From: Flavobacterium sp.
GTDB taxonomy: Bacteria > Bacteroidota > Bacteroidia > Flavobacteriales > Flavobacteriaceae
Direction of reading: 5' to 3'
Assembly (NCBI RefSeq): GCF_031409475.1
Contig: NZ_JANNXH010000004.1
Coordinates: 7,314 to 71,313 of the forward strand
DNA: 64,000 nt
The translations under genes and the position numbers were made by a program. The notes under the pieces were generated by a model. It had not been told where the DNA came from, did no database searches, and saw only the letters and a list, made by a program, of their open reading frames with translations. Positions 27,531-37,601 of the stretch are shown one piece after another (positions within the stretch are counted from its first letter, which is position 1; the number at the start of each line of letters is the position of its first letter).

Positions 27531-30389
27531 TTATTCCTTTAAAAACTTCATGATTTTTACTTCATTGTTTTCATCATAAGCTTTCACAATATAAATTCCT
27601 TTATCTAAATCACTGATTGCGAATTGATGCTCTTTAGACTGAACTGCAGTAAAATTTTTGACTAATTGTCCTGTAATAGTGTAAACCTGAACTTTCGAAG
27701 TATTCACATTTAAAGTGAAATAGGTTGACGATGGATTTGGATACAACTCTATTTGTTCAGTCAAATCAAAATTAGATGTTCCTAAAGTTGATGGCTTGTT
27801 GCCGTAAACTCTAAATCCTCCAGGCTCAATTGCAAGATTCATATTCGTACTTGTTACATTGACCGTAGAATTATCCATCAAGTTATACCATGTTCCTGTG
27901 TAAGGAAAACCGGCAGCTGTATTAAGTGTATTGTCTGAAAAATTTGTTCGTACAAAAGTATAACTCAATGCAGCCGAAGGATTCGTATTTGTCCAAATAT
28001 CAATACGTGGACTGCCAGTTTGACCAAAATTCCATGCATATTGACCGTTCTCAAAAACATCTTCTGTTTTTTTCAAATTAATCATTTTTGCCCAATTATC
28101 ATAAATTTTACTTCTTGCTAAATCGCTTAACCAATTGTTTGTCCATTGCGGTTGTGGTTTAGTATCTAATTTACAATCCGGATTTGAAAAAGAAACGTTT
28201 CCGTTGTTGCAAGTCCACAAAGAACTATCCCAACCAAGTTCGCCAAAATGCCAAATCATTTTTGGACCTGGAACTAAGAGATGAATTGCTCCCATTGCGG
28301 GTAATCTTTCTAAAACTTTTGGCAAATTATTTAATGTTTGATTTGCTCCAGCATCAGTGAGTGCTTTGTAAACCACGCGCTCCTCATCATGACTTTCTGC
28401 ATAACCTATATAACGGTCTGATGAATTTGCTACTGCTGATAAATCAGCAGAATTCCCTTTAAGAATATCTGCATAACTACTGGTCATGATTTTCCACTGC
28501 ATTATTCCTTTAGTGTCTCCAGAGCGCAAATAATCAGCCCATTCTAATTCTTCTGCCGAAGAACCGTCAGGCGTGCCTAAATGTTCGAATATGATCAAGA
28601 AGTTAGGGTCTAATTCCCATTGTTTATCCGCATAGTATTTTAGTTTTGCTACTCTGTCTGTTCGGTAACCATTAGTACAAGATTGATCACTTGCTGTGCA
28701 TTGATTTGTAAATCCTTTGGTTAAATCCCAACGAAAACCATCAATCTTATAGTCTTGAATCCAATTTTTTATAGTTCTCAATACATAAGTATTGGTCATG
28801 TTCAATCCTGGACCAGATTCTCTAAAATGGTTTAAATCACTACCTACACTATAGGAATGTTTAGCGGTCTGGTTAATGTATGGATTTTCGGTAGTTGTCC
28901 CATTTCCCCAACCATCTCCATTGGTATCAAGCATCCACATTCTTTCGAGTGGAGAACGACCAAATACATGGTTAAGAGCAATGTCTAAAATAACTGCGAT
29001 TCCGTTTTGATGACATAAATCTATAAACTCCTTTAATTTTTCGGGTGGACCATATCTTTTGTCTGGAGCCAAATGAAATACGGTATTGTAACCCCAACTT
29101 TCATTGCCTTCAAACTCCATTACTGGCATTAATTGAATGGCATTTATTTTAAGATTTTTGAAATAATCTATTCTATTAATTAAATCTTGATAGCTTTTAT
29201 TTGTATCGAAATCACGCACCAAAAGCTCATAAATAACTAAATCTTTTTTCTTTGGTTTTACAAAATTAGTGGTTGCTGCACTCCATGCATAGGCAGTTTT
29301 TGCTGTTTGCAAAACCGAAACTTCTCGTTCTTGACCAACTGGATACGCTGGTAAATTTGGATAAACTCCCAAGGCTGCAATTTCAGGATCATCAAATGGC
29401 GATAATACTAATGTTGAGAATGGGTCGGCAGTTTTTACTAAAGCCGGAGAATTTGTAGGTCTATTTGTTTGATCACAAACCCAATACTGATAAGTGTATA
29501 CTTGCCCAGCTGTGAGTCCTGTTAATTCTAACCAATATTTCCCTGTACTTGAATCTCTTCGCATTGCATAAGTAGAAGTAGGTTGCCAATTATTGAAACT
29601 TCCGGCTACATATACAAAATCTTTAAACGGAGCATTCAATACAAGTGTAGCTCTAGTTGGATCACTGGTGTTATAATTAATTCCATCTTCAAGCCCTACG
29701 GGAATCGTTTGTGTTGTGCTACCTGGATTTATAATTACAGCAAAATTTGCGGTAAAAGTTGTAACGCCTTGCGTTATTTGTAATTTATAAATTTGATTTG
29801 TGGTAATTCCTGTATGAATATATGAATATAAAGAAGTTGTTTGTGAATTTATACTGGTCCCATTTGCTAATAAATTATACGTTGCATTGCCATTAGTATT
29901 ATTAGCAGCAATTGTAAAATTATTCCCTGAAGCCAAAAAAGTATAACTGTTTTGAACTGGTGCGGTTAAATTATATTGAAAAGCTCCAACGGGAAGAAAT
30001 GTTCCATTTGTATCCTGAATGCTTGCATCAGCACTTCTAAAAATGATACAAATTTGAGTTATTGAATTTGTATTTAACACCCCAAAATAAGTAAATAAAT
30101 CTGGTGTAATGTTTAAAGTATAAATATTAGAAGTACCTACTTGTGTCATTGCTGGTTGCGTATTATTTCCCCAAACTGGACTTCCTTTTATATTTTGCCA
30201 TTGCACACCATTGACTGTAACTCCTATATAGGCATAAATTGTTCCAGAATATGCAGCCAAAGACGTTCCTGTTTTATCAAAAGTAATCGTTGCCGATTGT
30301 TCGGCAAGAACTGGTGAAGGTGCAGTTGTAATCTGTGCTTTTAAACCAAAACTAAAGAGTACTAAAATTAGTAAAACAATTTTTTTCAT
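27531..30389 (-). CDS. Secreted GH13 alpha-glucanase with CBM48-like module and type A T9SS C-terminal domain
   Basis: VYVAGSFNNW, SWGYN, DGFRWD, IFEH, ESHDEER; C-terminal LYPNPS..VYTITGQLV..GIYIVK. Confidence 0.88.
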   Translation of the reverse strand: MKKIVLLILVLFSFGLKAQITTAPSPVLAEQSATITFDKTGTSLAAYSGTIYAYIGVTVNGVQWQNIKGSPVWGNNTQPAMTQVGTSNIYTLNITPDLFTYFGVLNTNSITQICIIFRSADASIQDTNGTFLPVGAFQYNLTAPVQNSYTFLASGNNFTIAANNTNGNATYNLLANGTSINSQTTSLYSYIHTGITTNQIYKLQITQGVTTFTANFAVIINPGSTTQTIPVGLEDGINYNTSDPTRATLVLNAPFKDFVYVAGSFNNWQPTSTYAMRRDSSTGKYWLELTGLTAGQVYTYQYWVCDQTNRPTNSPALVKTADPFSTLVLSPFDDPEIAALGVYPNLPAYPVGQEREVSVLQTAKTAYAWSAATTNFVKPKKKDLVIYELLVRDFDTNKSYQDLINRIDYFKNLKINAIQLMPVMEFEGNESWGYNTVFHLAPDKRYGPPEKLKEFIDLCHQNGIAVILDIALNHVFGRSPLERMWMLDTNGDGWGNGTTTENPYINQTAKHSYSVGSDLNHFRESGPGLNMTNTYVLRTIKNWIQDYKIDGFRWDLTKGFTNQCTASDQSCTNGYRTDRVAKLKYYADKQWELDPNFLIIFEHLGTPDGSSAEELEWADYLRSGDTKGIMQWKIMTSSYADILKGNSADLSAVANSSDRYIGYAESHDEERVVYKALTDAGANQTLNNLPKVLERLPAMGAIHLLVPGPKMIWHFGELGWDSSLWTCNNGNVSFSNPDCKLDTKPQPQWTNNWLSDLARSKIYDNWAKMINLKKTEDVFENGQYAWNFGQTGSPRIDIWTNTNPSAALSYTFVRTNFSDNTLNTAAGFPYTGTWYNLMDNSTVNVTSTNMNLAIEPGGFRVYGNKPSTLGTSNFDLTEQIELYPNPSSTYFTLNVNTSKVQVYTITGQLVKNFTAVQSKEHQFAISDLDKGIYIVKAYDENNEVKIMKFLKE

Positions 30390-30404
30390 AGTTTATTTAT
30401 TTAA

Positions 30405-30436
30405 AAAAAGGATTGAGTCTCAACTCAATCCTTTTT
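30405..30436. terminator. Hairpin/terminator between the susE-like gene and the GH13 gene
   Basis: AAAAAGGATTGAGT-ctca-ACTCAATCCTTTTT. Confidence 0.75.
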
Positions 30437-30454
30437 ATGATAATTATTTGATTA

Positions 30455-31576
30455 TTAATCTACTGTTATTGTTTTTGTAACAGAATTAATAGTTAATAAT
30501 CTTAAAGCCGTTGGCCCAGTATATCTAAAATTTTTATCGCCATCATTCGCGTTAATTAATTCGGAATCAATTGTATAACCATTACCTGAATAATACAAGT
30601 AATTTCTATCTCCTAATCCCCAACTATCTCCACCATTGTTTCCAAGAAAAACTCTAAAAGTTTCTCCATTGTTTAATTTAAGTGGTACTTCATAAATTCC
30701 GTTTGATACTAATGCAAATTCGGTTTCATTGCTTCCTGACCAAGACCAACCACCAGGTGTTGCTGCTCCAACTAACCATTGAGAATTTGCAGCAGTTGTA
30801 CCTTGTGCTACAGTAACTGTTTTGTCATTTTCATTGATTTTCAATCGATACGCTCCAGGAGTTCCTGTAAATCTAAAGTTTTTATCTCCGTCATTAGCAT
30901 TTTCTAAAGTCGAACTTATTTTATAACCCGCATTGGCATAATAAAGGTAATTTCTACCTGTATTCCAGTCGCCTTTTGTAGTAAAAAATCTAAAAGTATC
31001 ATTTGCTAATGTTGCTGTTACCGTTAAAATTTTATTGTCACAAATTAAACTCAATGGAGTGTTCCAGTTCCAACCAGCACTAGGAATACCTGCGCCTACT
31101 GCATATTGTCCTAAACATCCATAAGCTGTAATTAAATACGTTAGAGTACTTGAATAAACAGGTTGTGTACCCGTTGTTCCTGATGTTGCTTTAATTCTAA
31201 TATCTACCGGACTTTGTGCAAAAGGTGTTGCTCCTGCTGTTAATGCAGCAAGATTTAATTGTGCAGATTGGATTGTAATAAACTGATTTGTAGTTGTTCC
31301 TAATTCTTGAATGCTTGCAAAATTAGAACCATTTGCGGCTAATTCAACGGTATAAGTTACTACAGACTGTGTTGTATAATCCATTGGAGACCATGTTAAT
31401 GAAATCCCTGGATTTGTTGGCGTAGTTTCATTAAGTACAATTGCTTCGCCAGTAATGGGAGTTGTGATTGAAAATGATCCTTCTGGGTTAGTTAACAATA
31501 ATTCTTGTTCGTCTTCACAAGATACAAACCCTGTCATTAGGGCAATTGCTAAAATAGATTTTATTATATTTTTCAT
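30455..31576 (-). CDS. SusE/SusF-like starch-binding lipoprotein
   Basis: Lipobox FVSC, LTWSPMDY, two repeated W-rich CBM-like modules (NANDGDKNFRF/Y); downstream of susD. Confidence 0.8.
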   Translation of the reverse strand: MKNIIKSILAIALMTGFVSCEDEQELLLTNPEGSFSITTPITGEAIVLNETTPTNPGISLTWSPMDYTTQSVVTYTVELAANGSNFASIQELGTTTNQFITIQSAQLNLAALTAGATPFAQSPVDIRIKATSGTTGTQPVYSSTLTYLITAYGCLGQYAVGAGIPSAGWNWNTPLSLICDNKILTVTATLANDTFRFFTTKGDWNTGRNYLYYANAGYKISSTLENANDGDKNFRFTGTPGAYRLKINENDKTVTVAQGTTAANSQWLVGAATPGGWSWSGSNETEFALVSNGIYEVPLKLNNGETFRVFLGNNGGDSWGLGDRNYLYYSGNGYTIDSELINANDGDKNFRYTGPTALRLLTINSVTKTITVD

Positions 31577-31594
31577 TTTATTAGTTTTTTAAAA

Positions 31595-33196
31595 TTAGTA
31601 ACCTGTATTTTGAGTTAAATTTGGATTTGCTGCTAATGACGCTGATGGTATTGGAAATACTTTTAAATTATTAGAAATAGCAATTCCATTTGTGCCATTT
31701 CCTTTCCAAGCCCAATTGTAAACTCCACCAGTATATTTGCCAAATCGAATTAGATCTTGTCTTCTATGACCTTCTAAATATAATTCTCTAGCTCTTTCGT
31801 CTAGTATAAAATCAAGAGTAACTTGTCCTGTTGTTACATTGGCAAAATTGCCTCCGTTTGCTCTTTCTCTAAGTGCGTTTACGTATGTAAGACCTTGAGA
31901 TGTTGTTGCTCCTGTTGCTCCTCTTAATGCACATTCAGCATACATTAAATAAACATCTGCCAAACGAAAAAGTGGAAAATCCGTGTTTACAAAAGTTGAA
32001 TTCCCACCAGGAACTCCTGTTGAACTAACATTAGAATATTTTGTCAAAATATAACCTTGATTTCTGTTTGCTATATCTAAAATTTCCAATGATCGAGGTC
32101 CACCACCTGTAATTGTTTTTCTTGAATCATAGTCAAAATCTAATCCGTCAAATTTTTGAACAAATTGTTTACGCAATCGTATTGCTCCACCCCAACCTCC
32201 AGAACCAACACCTAGTGAAGTGCCGTTTTGTTCTAATGAACCTACTGATCCATTAACCATAACGGTTGTAGGTCCGTAATTTTGTGTAACTACACCATCG
32301 GCTTGAAATGAAAAAATCAATTCTGAAGATAAATTATTATCGGCTTTGAAATTGTTCATATAGTTTTCGTTTAATGCATAACCACCCGCAATTATTGCAT
32401 TACATTGTGTTACACATTCACTGTATTTTGGAGCTCCAATAAAAACTTGTGCATTTAAATACATTTTGGCCAAAATCATTCGAGCTACAGCCTGATCTAC
32501 TCTACCATATTCATTCGTTCTTGGCGCTTTTAAGTCAGGTACTAAAGCTATTAATTCACTTTCTATAAAAGTAAATAACTGTTGTCTGTCGTATTGAATT
32601 CCAGCAAAGTTCACTGGGTCAGACTCGGTTATAAAAGGTGCTTTACCAAATAAATCCATCATATTATAGTATGCTAATGCTCTGGCAACTCTAGCTTCTT
32701 TTCGATACAATGCAATATCGTTAAGTAAAGCCGTTTCAGTTACACCTCTTGTGCTTAATTTTTCTGGTGTGGTTTGTTTTAAAAACTCATTTACAATTGC
32801 TACACCAACCATTGCTCTACTAAACATTCCTAAAATTACAGGATTCTCTGCAGTCCAAATGTTTCTTTGTAATTCTCTTGTTCCAGGATCATTTTCATAA
32901 CTCCAGATAATTTCATCCGAAGTTAGGTCTTGTAAATACCATAAGCATCTACCATATTGACTTGTTCCTGCATCGATTCCTTCTAATGAAGAAGAACCTG
33001 CTCCACCAGTTCCTGTTAAGGAGAAGTTGCTATAAACTCCTGCCAATGCTTTTTTGTAAGCTCCAGGTTGTGCAAAAAAGGCTTCAGATGTAAAAATATC
33101 ATCATCTTTAGGCACTACTTCTAGGTCACTCGTACAAGAATTAAGTACTAATGTTAGTCCTAAAAGGCACAATAGATTTAATTTAATTTTTTTCAT
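31595..33196 (-). CDS. susD: SusD/RagB family lipoprotein
   Basis: Lipobox LNSC, FRLADVYLMYAE, ILDERARELYLEGHRRQDLIRFG. Confidence 0.93.
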   Translation of the reverse strand: MKKIKLNLLCLLGLTLVLNSCTSDLEVVPKDDDIFTSEAFFAQPGAYKKALAGVYSNFSLTGTGGAGSSSLEGIDAGTSQYGRCLWYLQDLTSDEIIWSYENDPGTRELQRNIWTAENPVILGMFSRAMVGVAIVNEFLKQTTPEKLSTRGVTETALLNDIALYRKEARVARALAYYNMMDLFGKAPFITESDPVNFAGIQYDRQQLFTFIESELIALVPDLKAPRTNEYGRVDQAVARMILAKMYLNAQVFIGAPKYSECVTQCNAIIAGGYALNENYMNNFKADNNLSSELIFSFQADGVVTQNYGPTTVMVNGSVGSLEQNGTSLGVGSGGWGGAIRLRKQFVQKFDGLDFDYDSRKTITGGGPRSLEILDIANRNQGYILTKYSNVSSTGVPGGNSTFVNTDFPLFRLADVYLMYAECALRGATGATTSQGLTYVNALRERANGGNFANVTTGQVTLDFILDERARELYLEGHRRQDLIRFGKYTGGVYNWAWKGNGTNGIAISNNLKVFPIPSASLAANPNLTQNTGY

Positions 33197-33207
33197 GATT
33201 TTTTATA

Positions 33208-36144
33208 TTAAAATTTTACGTTTGCTCCAAATAAGACGGATCGTTGTCTTGGATAAATGGTTTGGTCGCGACCATCATTTGTAATTTCGGGGTCAAGTCC
33301 AGAATATTTTGTAAGTACAAAAGCATTTTGAACTCCTGTAAACAATCGCAACGATGCTTTACCTTCTAACCATTTAGGGAAAGTGTATCCCAAAGAAACA
33401 TTGTCCAATTTTAAAAACGAAGCATTCTCAATATAAAGGTCAGACAAAACTACATTTGAAGTAGTGTTGAAATTAGTTTGAGTTACAGCCGATGGAATGT
33501 TTCTGATTACACCATTTAAAACGTTGTCGTATTGAGCGTTAGCCGCATTTACACCATTATAAATTCTATTTCCAATACTTGCTCTCATATTAAATGAAAA
33601 ATCAAGGTTCTTGTAATTCATGTTAGAAGCAAATCCAAAAGTTGCGTCTGGATCTGGATTTTTATAAATGTATCGGTCTTTATCATTGATAGCACCATCT
33701 CCATTCAAATCGGCAAAAGCACCTTCGATAGGATTGTTTGATGTATCGTACAATTGTTTGCGAACATAAAATGCATAAGGAGTGAATCCTTCTCTAAAAA
33801 TTTGAACTGTTCCACCAGTTCCAGCTCCTGTTCCTCCTAAAAGGATATCAGAATTTAAGGCTAACTTGTCTATTCTTCTTTCAAATTTAGTCGCATTAAA
33901 GTTTACATTCCAAGTAAAATCCTCTGTTTTAAACAATTCTGCATTTAATGTAAATTCTAACCCTTTTGTTGTAAAACTACCTATGTTTTGATATCCTCGA
34001 TTAGAAAAATTACTTCCATCTGGAATTGCTGATTTTACCAATAAATCATTAGTAACTTTGTAAAAGGCCTCTAAACTTCCGCTTATTCTATTATCAAACA
34101 ATCCGTAATCAATACCCACATTATAAGTGGTAGTTTCTTCCCATTTAATTAATGGATTATAGGCGGTAGAAAATCCAACTGATAATGGTATTGTTCCTAT
34201 AGTATATTGTGAATTTCCATCACCATTAATATATTTTTGTAGATATACATTTGCATTTGGGTCATCTCCTGAAGAAATATCCTGTTGCCCAGTAATTCCA
34301 TATCCTAAACGAAGTTTAAAATCTGAGATTACTTTAGAGTTTTTAAACAAATCTTCTTTTAATTTCCATGCAAAAGCTGCTGCTGGAAAGTTACCCCATC
34401 TATTGTCTTCACTAAATCTTGATGAACCATCTCGTCTGTAAGAGAAGGTTAATAAATATTTGTCGTTAAAACTAAAATTAGTTCTACCAAAGAAACCAAT
34501 CAAAACAACATCGGTATCTATGTCGGTTTCTTCACCTATATTATCAGGTTGAAGTATGTTTCTCGTATAATAATTTTGGGCTTGAAATTTTTGATACGAG
34601 TAACCTGCAGTAGCATCAATATTTATTTTTCCTAGTTTTTTATTGTAATTCAAATAGCCGTCAAACAATTTGTTTTTTACTGTTTTTTCCGAATGTTCGT
34701 TTTTACCATAAGGAATATTATTGTTACTTGGTCCTGAAGCAGCAAATCTAGAAACCAAAGTGTTTCTTACTCCATTTGCTTCATCATAACCTACGTTAGC
34801 TACTGCTTTTAAACTAGGCAAAAAGTGAAATTTATATTCCATTTCTACATTACCAAAAATTCTATTATTAACACCCGTATCATTGGTTTGTAATAATTGT
34901 GCCACTGGATTTCTTGGTCCAAGAACTAGAGGATTTGTTGCGCTTGGCGTATAATATTCAAAAAACCCTTCATAAGCTGCGTTTCCTGTAGTTACAGGTT
35001 GCGTAGGGTCAAACCCTATAGCAGAACCTTCAACACCATCAGCAAATCTGTTTTTTTCATTAGCATAATTTGCATTGATTCTAAATTTTAAATGATCTTT
35101 AAAAAGAGATGGACTTAATGTTGTTGAAATCGTATTTCTATTAAAAACATTGGTCAATCTTAACCCTTGTTGATACGTGTTACCAAAAGACAAACGTGCC
35201 GGAATGGCTTTGAACAAATTTCCTTTCAAGGATAAGTTATTGTCAATAAAGTCAGTCTTTCTATAGATTTCATCTTGCCAATCCGTTCTTGAAGTTCCTA
35301 ATTTTGAAACTTGAGCTGGATATCTGTTTTCGATTAAAATTCTATAATCATCTGCATTAAAGACTTTTACTTTATCTACTAATTGACCTGAACCATATTG
35401 AAAATTATAGTCAACAGATAATTTTTTTCCTCCTTTTTTAGTGGTAATAATAATCACCCCATTTGATGCTCTAGAACCATAAATAGCGGTTGCAGAGGCA
35501 TCTTTAAGAACTGAAAAACTCTCAATGTCATTTGGGTTCAAAGAAGCTAAAACTGATGTAGAACCCGTATTTGTTTTGCTCGAGATTGGTAGACCGTCAA
35601 TTACAATCAAAGGATCATTTGAAGCAGATAAGGATGAACCTCCACGAATTCTAATTTGAGATCCAGAACCTGGTGCGCCACTAGTATTTACGGTCAAACC
35701 TGCAACACGACCGCTTAAGAGATTCTCAGCAGTAACATTGGCACCTTTATTAAAATCTTTTGTAGTAATTACAGTAACTGCACCTGTTGCGTCTTTCTTC
35801 CTAACAGAACCATAACCTACTTGAACTACTACTTCTTTTAGTTCATTAGCAGATTCTTCAAGCGATACTGATATTGTTGTTTGATTACTGTACACAACGG
35901 TTTGATCTGAGTATCCAATGAAAGAAAAAACGATTTTATCGCCACTTTTAACATTAGATAATTGAAATTTTCCGTCAAAATCTGATGCTGTACTATTTGT
36001 ACCGCCTTGTACATTTATATTTACTCCCGGAATGGGTTGTCCTGATGCTTTATCAAGAACAGTTCCTTTTAGTGTATTCTGAGCCAGAAGACCAAAAGGA
36101 AGTAGCAGCAATAAAAATAACAACTTTTTGTAAATTGTTTTCAT
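33208..36144 (-). CDS. susC: SusC/RagA TonB-dependent transporter
   Basis: VVVQVGYG, PLIVIDG, LNPNDIESFSVLKDASATAIYGSRASNGVIIITTK, C-terminal Phe. Confidence 0.95.
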   Translation of the reverse strand: MKTIYKKLLFLLLLLPFGLLAQNTLKGTVLDKASGQPIPGVNINVQGGTNSTASDFDGKFQLSNVKSGDKIVFSFIGYSDQTVVYSNQTTISVSLEESANELKEVVVQVGYGSVRKKDATGAVTVITTKDFNKGANVTAENLLSGRVAGLTVNTSGAPGSGSQIRIRGGSSLSASNDPLIVIDGLPISSKTNTGSTSVLASLNPNDIESFSVLKDASATAIYGSRASNGVIIITTKKGGKKLSVDYNFQYGSGQLVDKVKVFNADDYRILIENRYPAQVSKLGTSRTDWQDEIYRKTDFIDNNLSLKGNLFKAIPARLSFGNTYQQGLRLTNVFNRNTISTTLSPSLFKDHLKFRINANYANEKNRFADGVEGSAIGFDPTQPVTTGNAAYEGFFEYYTPSATNPLVLGPRNPVAQLLQTNDTGVNNRIFGNVEMEYKFHFLPSLKAVANVGYDEANGVRNTLVSRFAASGPSNNNIPYGKNEHSEKTVKNKLFDGYLNYNKKLGKINIDATAGYSYQKFQAQNYYTRNILQPDNIGEETDIDTDVVLIGFFGRTNFSFNDKYLLTFSYRRDGSSRFSEDNRWGNFPAAAFAWKLKEDLFKNSKVISDFKLRLGYGITGQQDISSGDDPNANVYLQKYINGDGNSQYTIGTIPLSVGFSTAYNPLIKWEETTTYNVGIDYGLFDNRISGSLEAFYKVTNDLLVKSAIPDGSNFSNRGYQNIGSFTTKGLEFTLNAELFKTEDFTWNVNFNATKFERRIDKLALNSDILLGGTGAGTGGTVQIFREGFTPYAFYVRKQLYDTSNNPIEGAFADLNGDGAINDKDRYIYKNPDPDATFGFASNMNYKNLDFSFNMRASIGNRIYNGVNAANAQYDNVLNGVIRNIPSAVTQTNFNTTSNVVLSDLYIENASFLKLDNVSLGYTFPKWLEGKASLRLFTGVQNAFVLTKYSGLDPEITNDGRDQTIYPRQRSVLFGANVKF

Positions 36145-36208
36145 ACTTTTTGTTTAGGTTAATTTTGAGTTTAGTTAAAAAAATTTGTTTTACTTTTACT
36201 TCGAACGT

Positions 36209-36216
36209 CAAAACTA
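36209..36216 (-). promoter_or_regulatory. susC -7 promoter box
   Basis: TAGTTTTG on the minus strand, 65 nt upstream of the ATG. Confidence 0.55.
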
Positions 36217-36261
36217 AATAATTATTAACATGCTTCGACATCTGGCAGTTTCTATTAATTT

Positions 36262-36277
36262 ACGAAAACGTGATAGT
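36262..36277. promoter_or_regulatory. Candidate LacI-family operator O1
   Basis: ACGAAAACGTGATAGT, CG-centred; resembles 37431-37446. Confidence 0.4.
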
Positions 36278-36381
36278 GTTGAAAACTTTCTTTATTATTC
36301 ACAATATTTAGGAATAAATTTGCCATAAATGAAAATTAATTTTACTTTTATTACGAAAATGATTTTTATCAAATTTACAAT

Positions 36382-37407
36382 ATGAAACGAAAAGTAACCC
36401 TCAAACAAATTGCTAAAGAACTCGGAGTTTCCATATCAACAGTTTCTAAATCGTTAAGAAACAGTATGGAAATTAGCGAAGATACTCGCCTAAAAGTACA
36501 AGCATTTGCTAAATTTTATCACTACAAACCCAACAATATTGCGCTGAGCCTAAAAAACAGAAAGACCAAAACGATAGGACTTATTATTCCAGAAATTGTA
36601 CACCATTTTTTCTCCACTGTAATCAATGGAATTGAACAAATTGCGAATGAAAATGGCTATAGCGTTATCATTTGCCTCTCTGACGATTCCTTCGATAAGG
36701 AAGTACTTAATATGGAATTATTAGCCAATGGAAGCATTGATGGTTTTATCATGTCATTATCCAAAGAGACCCAGTTTAAAGGAGATTTTCATCATATCAC
36801 CGAAGTTATTCAACAAGGAATGCCAGTAGTTATGTTCGATCGAGTAACCGATGTAATTCTTTGCGATAAAGTTATCATTGATGATAAATTAGCGGCATAC
36901 AACGCCGTTCAAAGTTTAATCAACAAAGGCAAGAAAAAAATCGCGCTTGTAACAACCGTTGATTATGTAAGCGTCGGAAAATTAAGAACAGATGGCTACA
37001 TCAAAGCATTGCTAGATAACGGATTGCCGTTTGACGAAAGTTTAATTATTAAAATCGAAAACGTAGATACTTGTGAAATAATTATAGGTAAATTACTCGA
37101 AGAAAAAGTAGTTGACGCCGTTTTTGCAGTAAACGAATTATTTGCAGTAACCATTATTAAAACCGCAAATAAATTGGGGTTAAAAGTGCCTCAGGATCTA
37201 GCCGTAATTGCATTTACTGATGGAATAATTTCAAAATACTCTACACCAACAATTACTACAGTCTCTCAAAATGGTATAGAAATGGGAAATACTGCAGCGA
37301 GAATCCTTATCAATCGATTGGAAATTGAAGAAGAAATTGAAGACGAAGAGGATTACAAAACAGTATTAATAGAAACCCATTTGATAGAAAGAGAATCAAC
37401 TAATTAG
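36382..37407 (+). CDS. LacI-family transcriptional regulator (MalR-like)
   Basis: VTLKQIAKELGVSISTVSKSL HTH, YKPNNIALSL hinge, PTITTVSQ. Confidence 0.93.
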   Translation: MKRKVTLKQIAKELGVSISTVSKSLRNSMEISEDTRLKVQAFAKFYHYKPNNIALSLKNRKTKTIGLIIPEIVHHFFSTVINGIEQIANENGYSVIICLSDDSFDKEVLNMELLANGSIDGFIMSLSKETQFKGDFHHITEVIQQGMPVVMFDRVTDVILCDKVIIDDKLAAYNAVQSLINKGKKKIALVTTVDYVSVGKLRTDGYIKALLDNGLPFDESLIIKIENVDTCEIIIGKLLEEKVVDAVFAVNELFAVTIIKTANKLGLKVPQDLAVIAFTDGIISKYSTPTITTVSQNGIEMGNTAARILINRLEIEEEIEDEEDYKTVLIETHLIERESTN

Positions 37408-37430
37408 CCTATTAAAAACATATTTATTAA

Positions 37431-37446
37431 ACTATTACGTTATAGT
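37431..37446. promoter_or_regulatory. Candidate LacI-family operator O2
   Basis: ACTATTACGTTATAGT, 14/16 palindromic, upstream of the maltose transporter operon. Confidence 0.4.
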
Positions 37447-37601
37447 TAATAATTCTATTCCAACTTTACTTAAAAAAAACAAACAAGTAAAATAAATTTA
37501 TATATTTACTCCCCAATCAAAGCTTTTACTTTTACTTCGAACAATAAGTCAAGTTTTGATAAGCATCGCGCTTATCGTACCATCATTTAAAAATTACGAT
37601 A

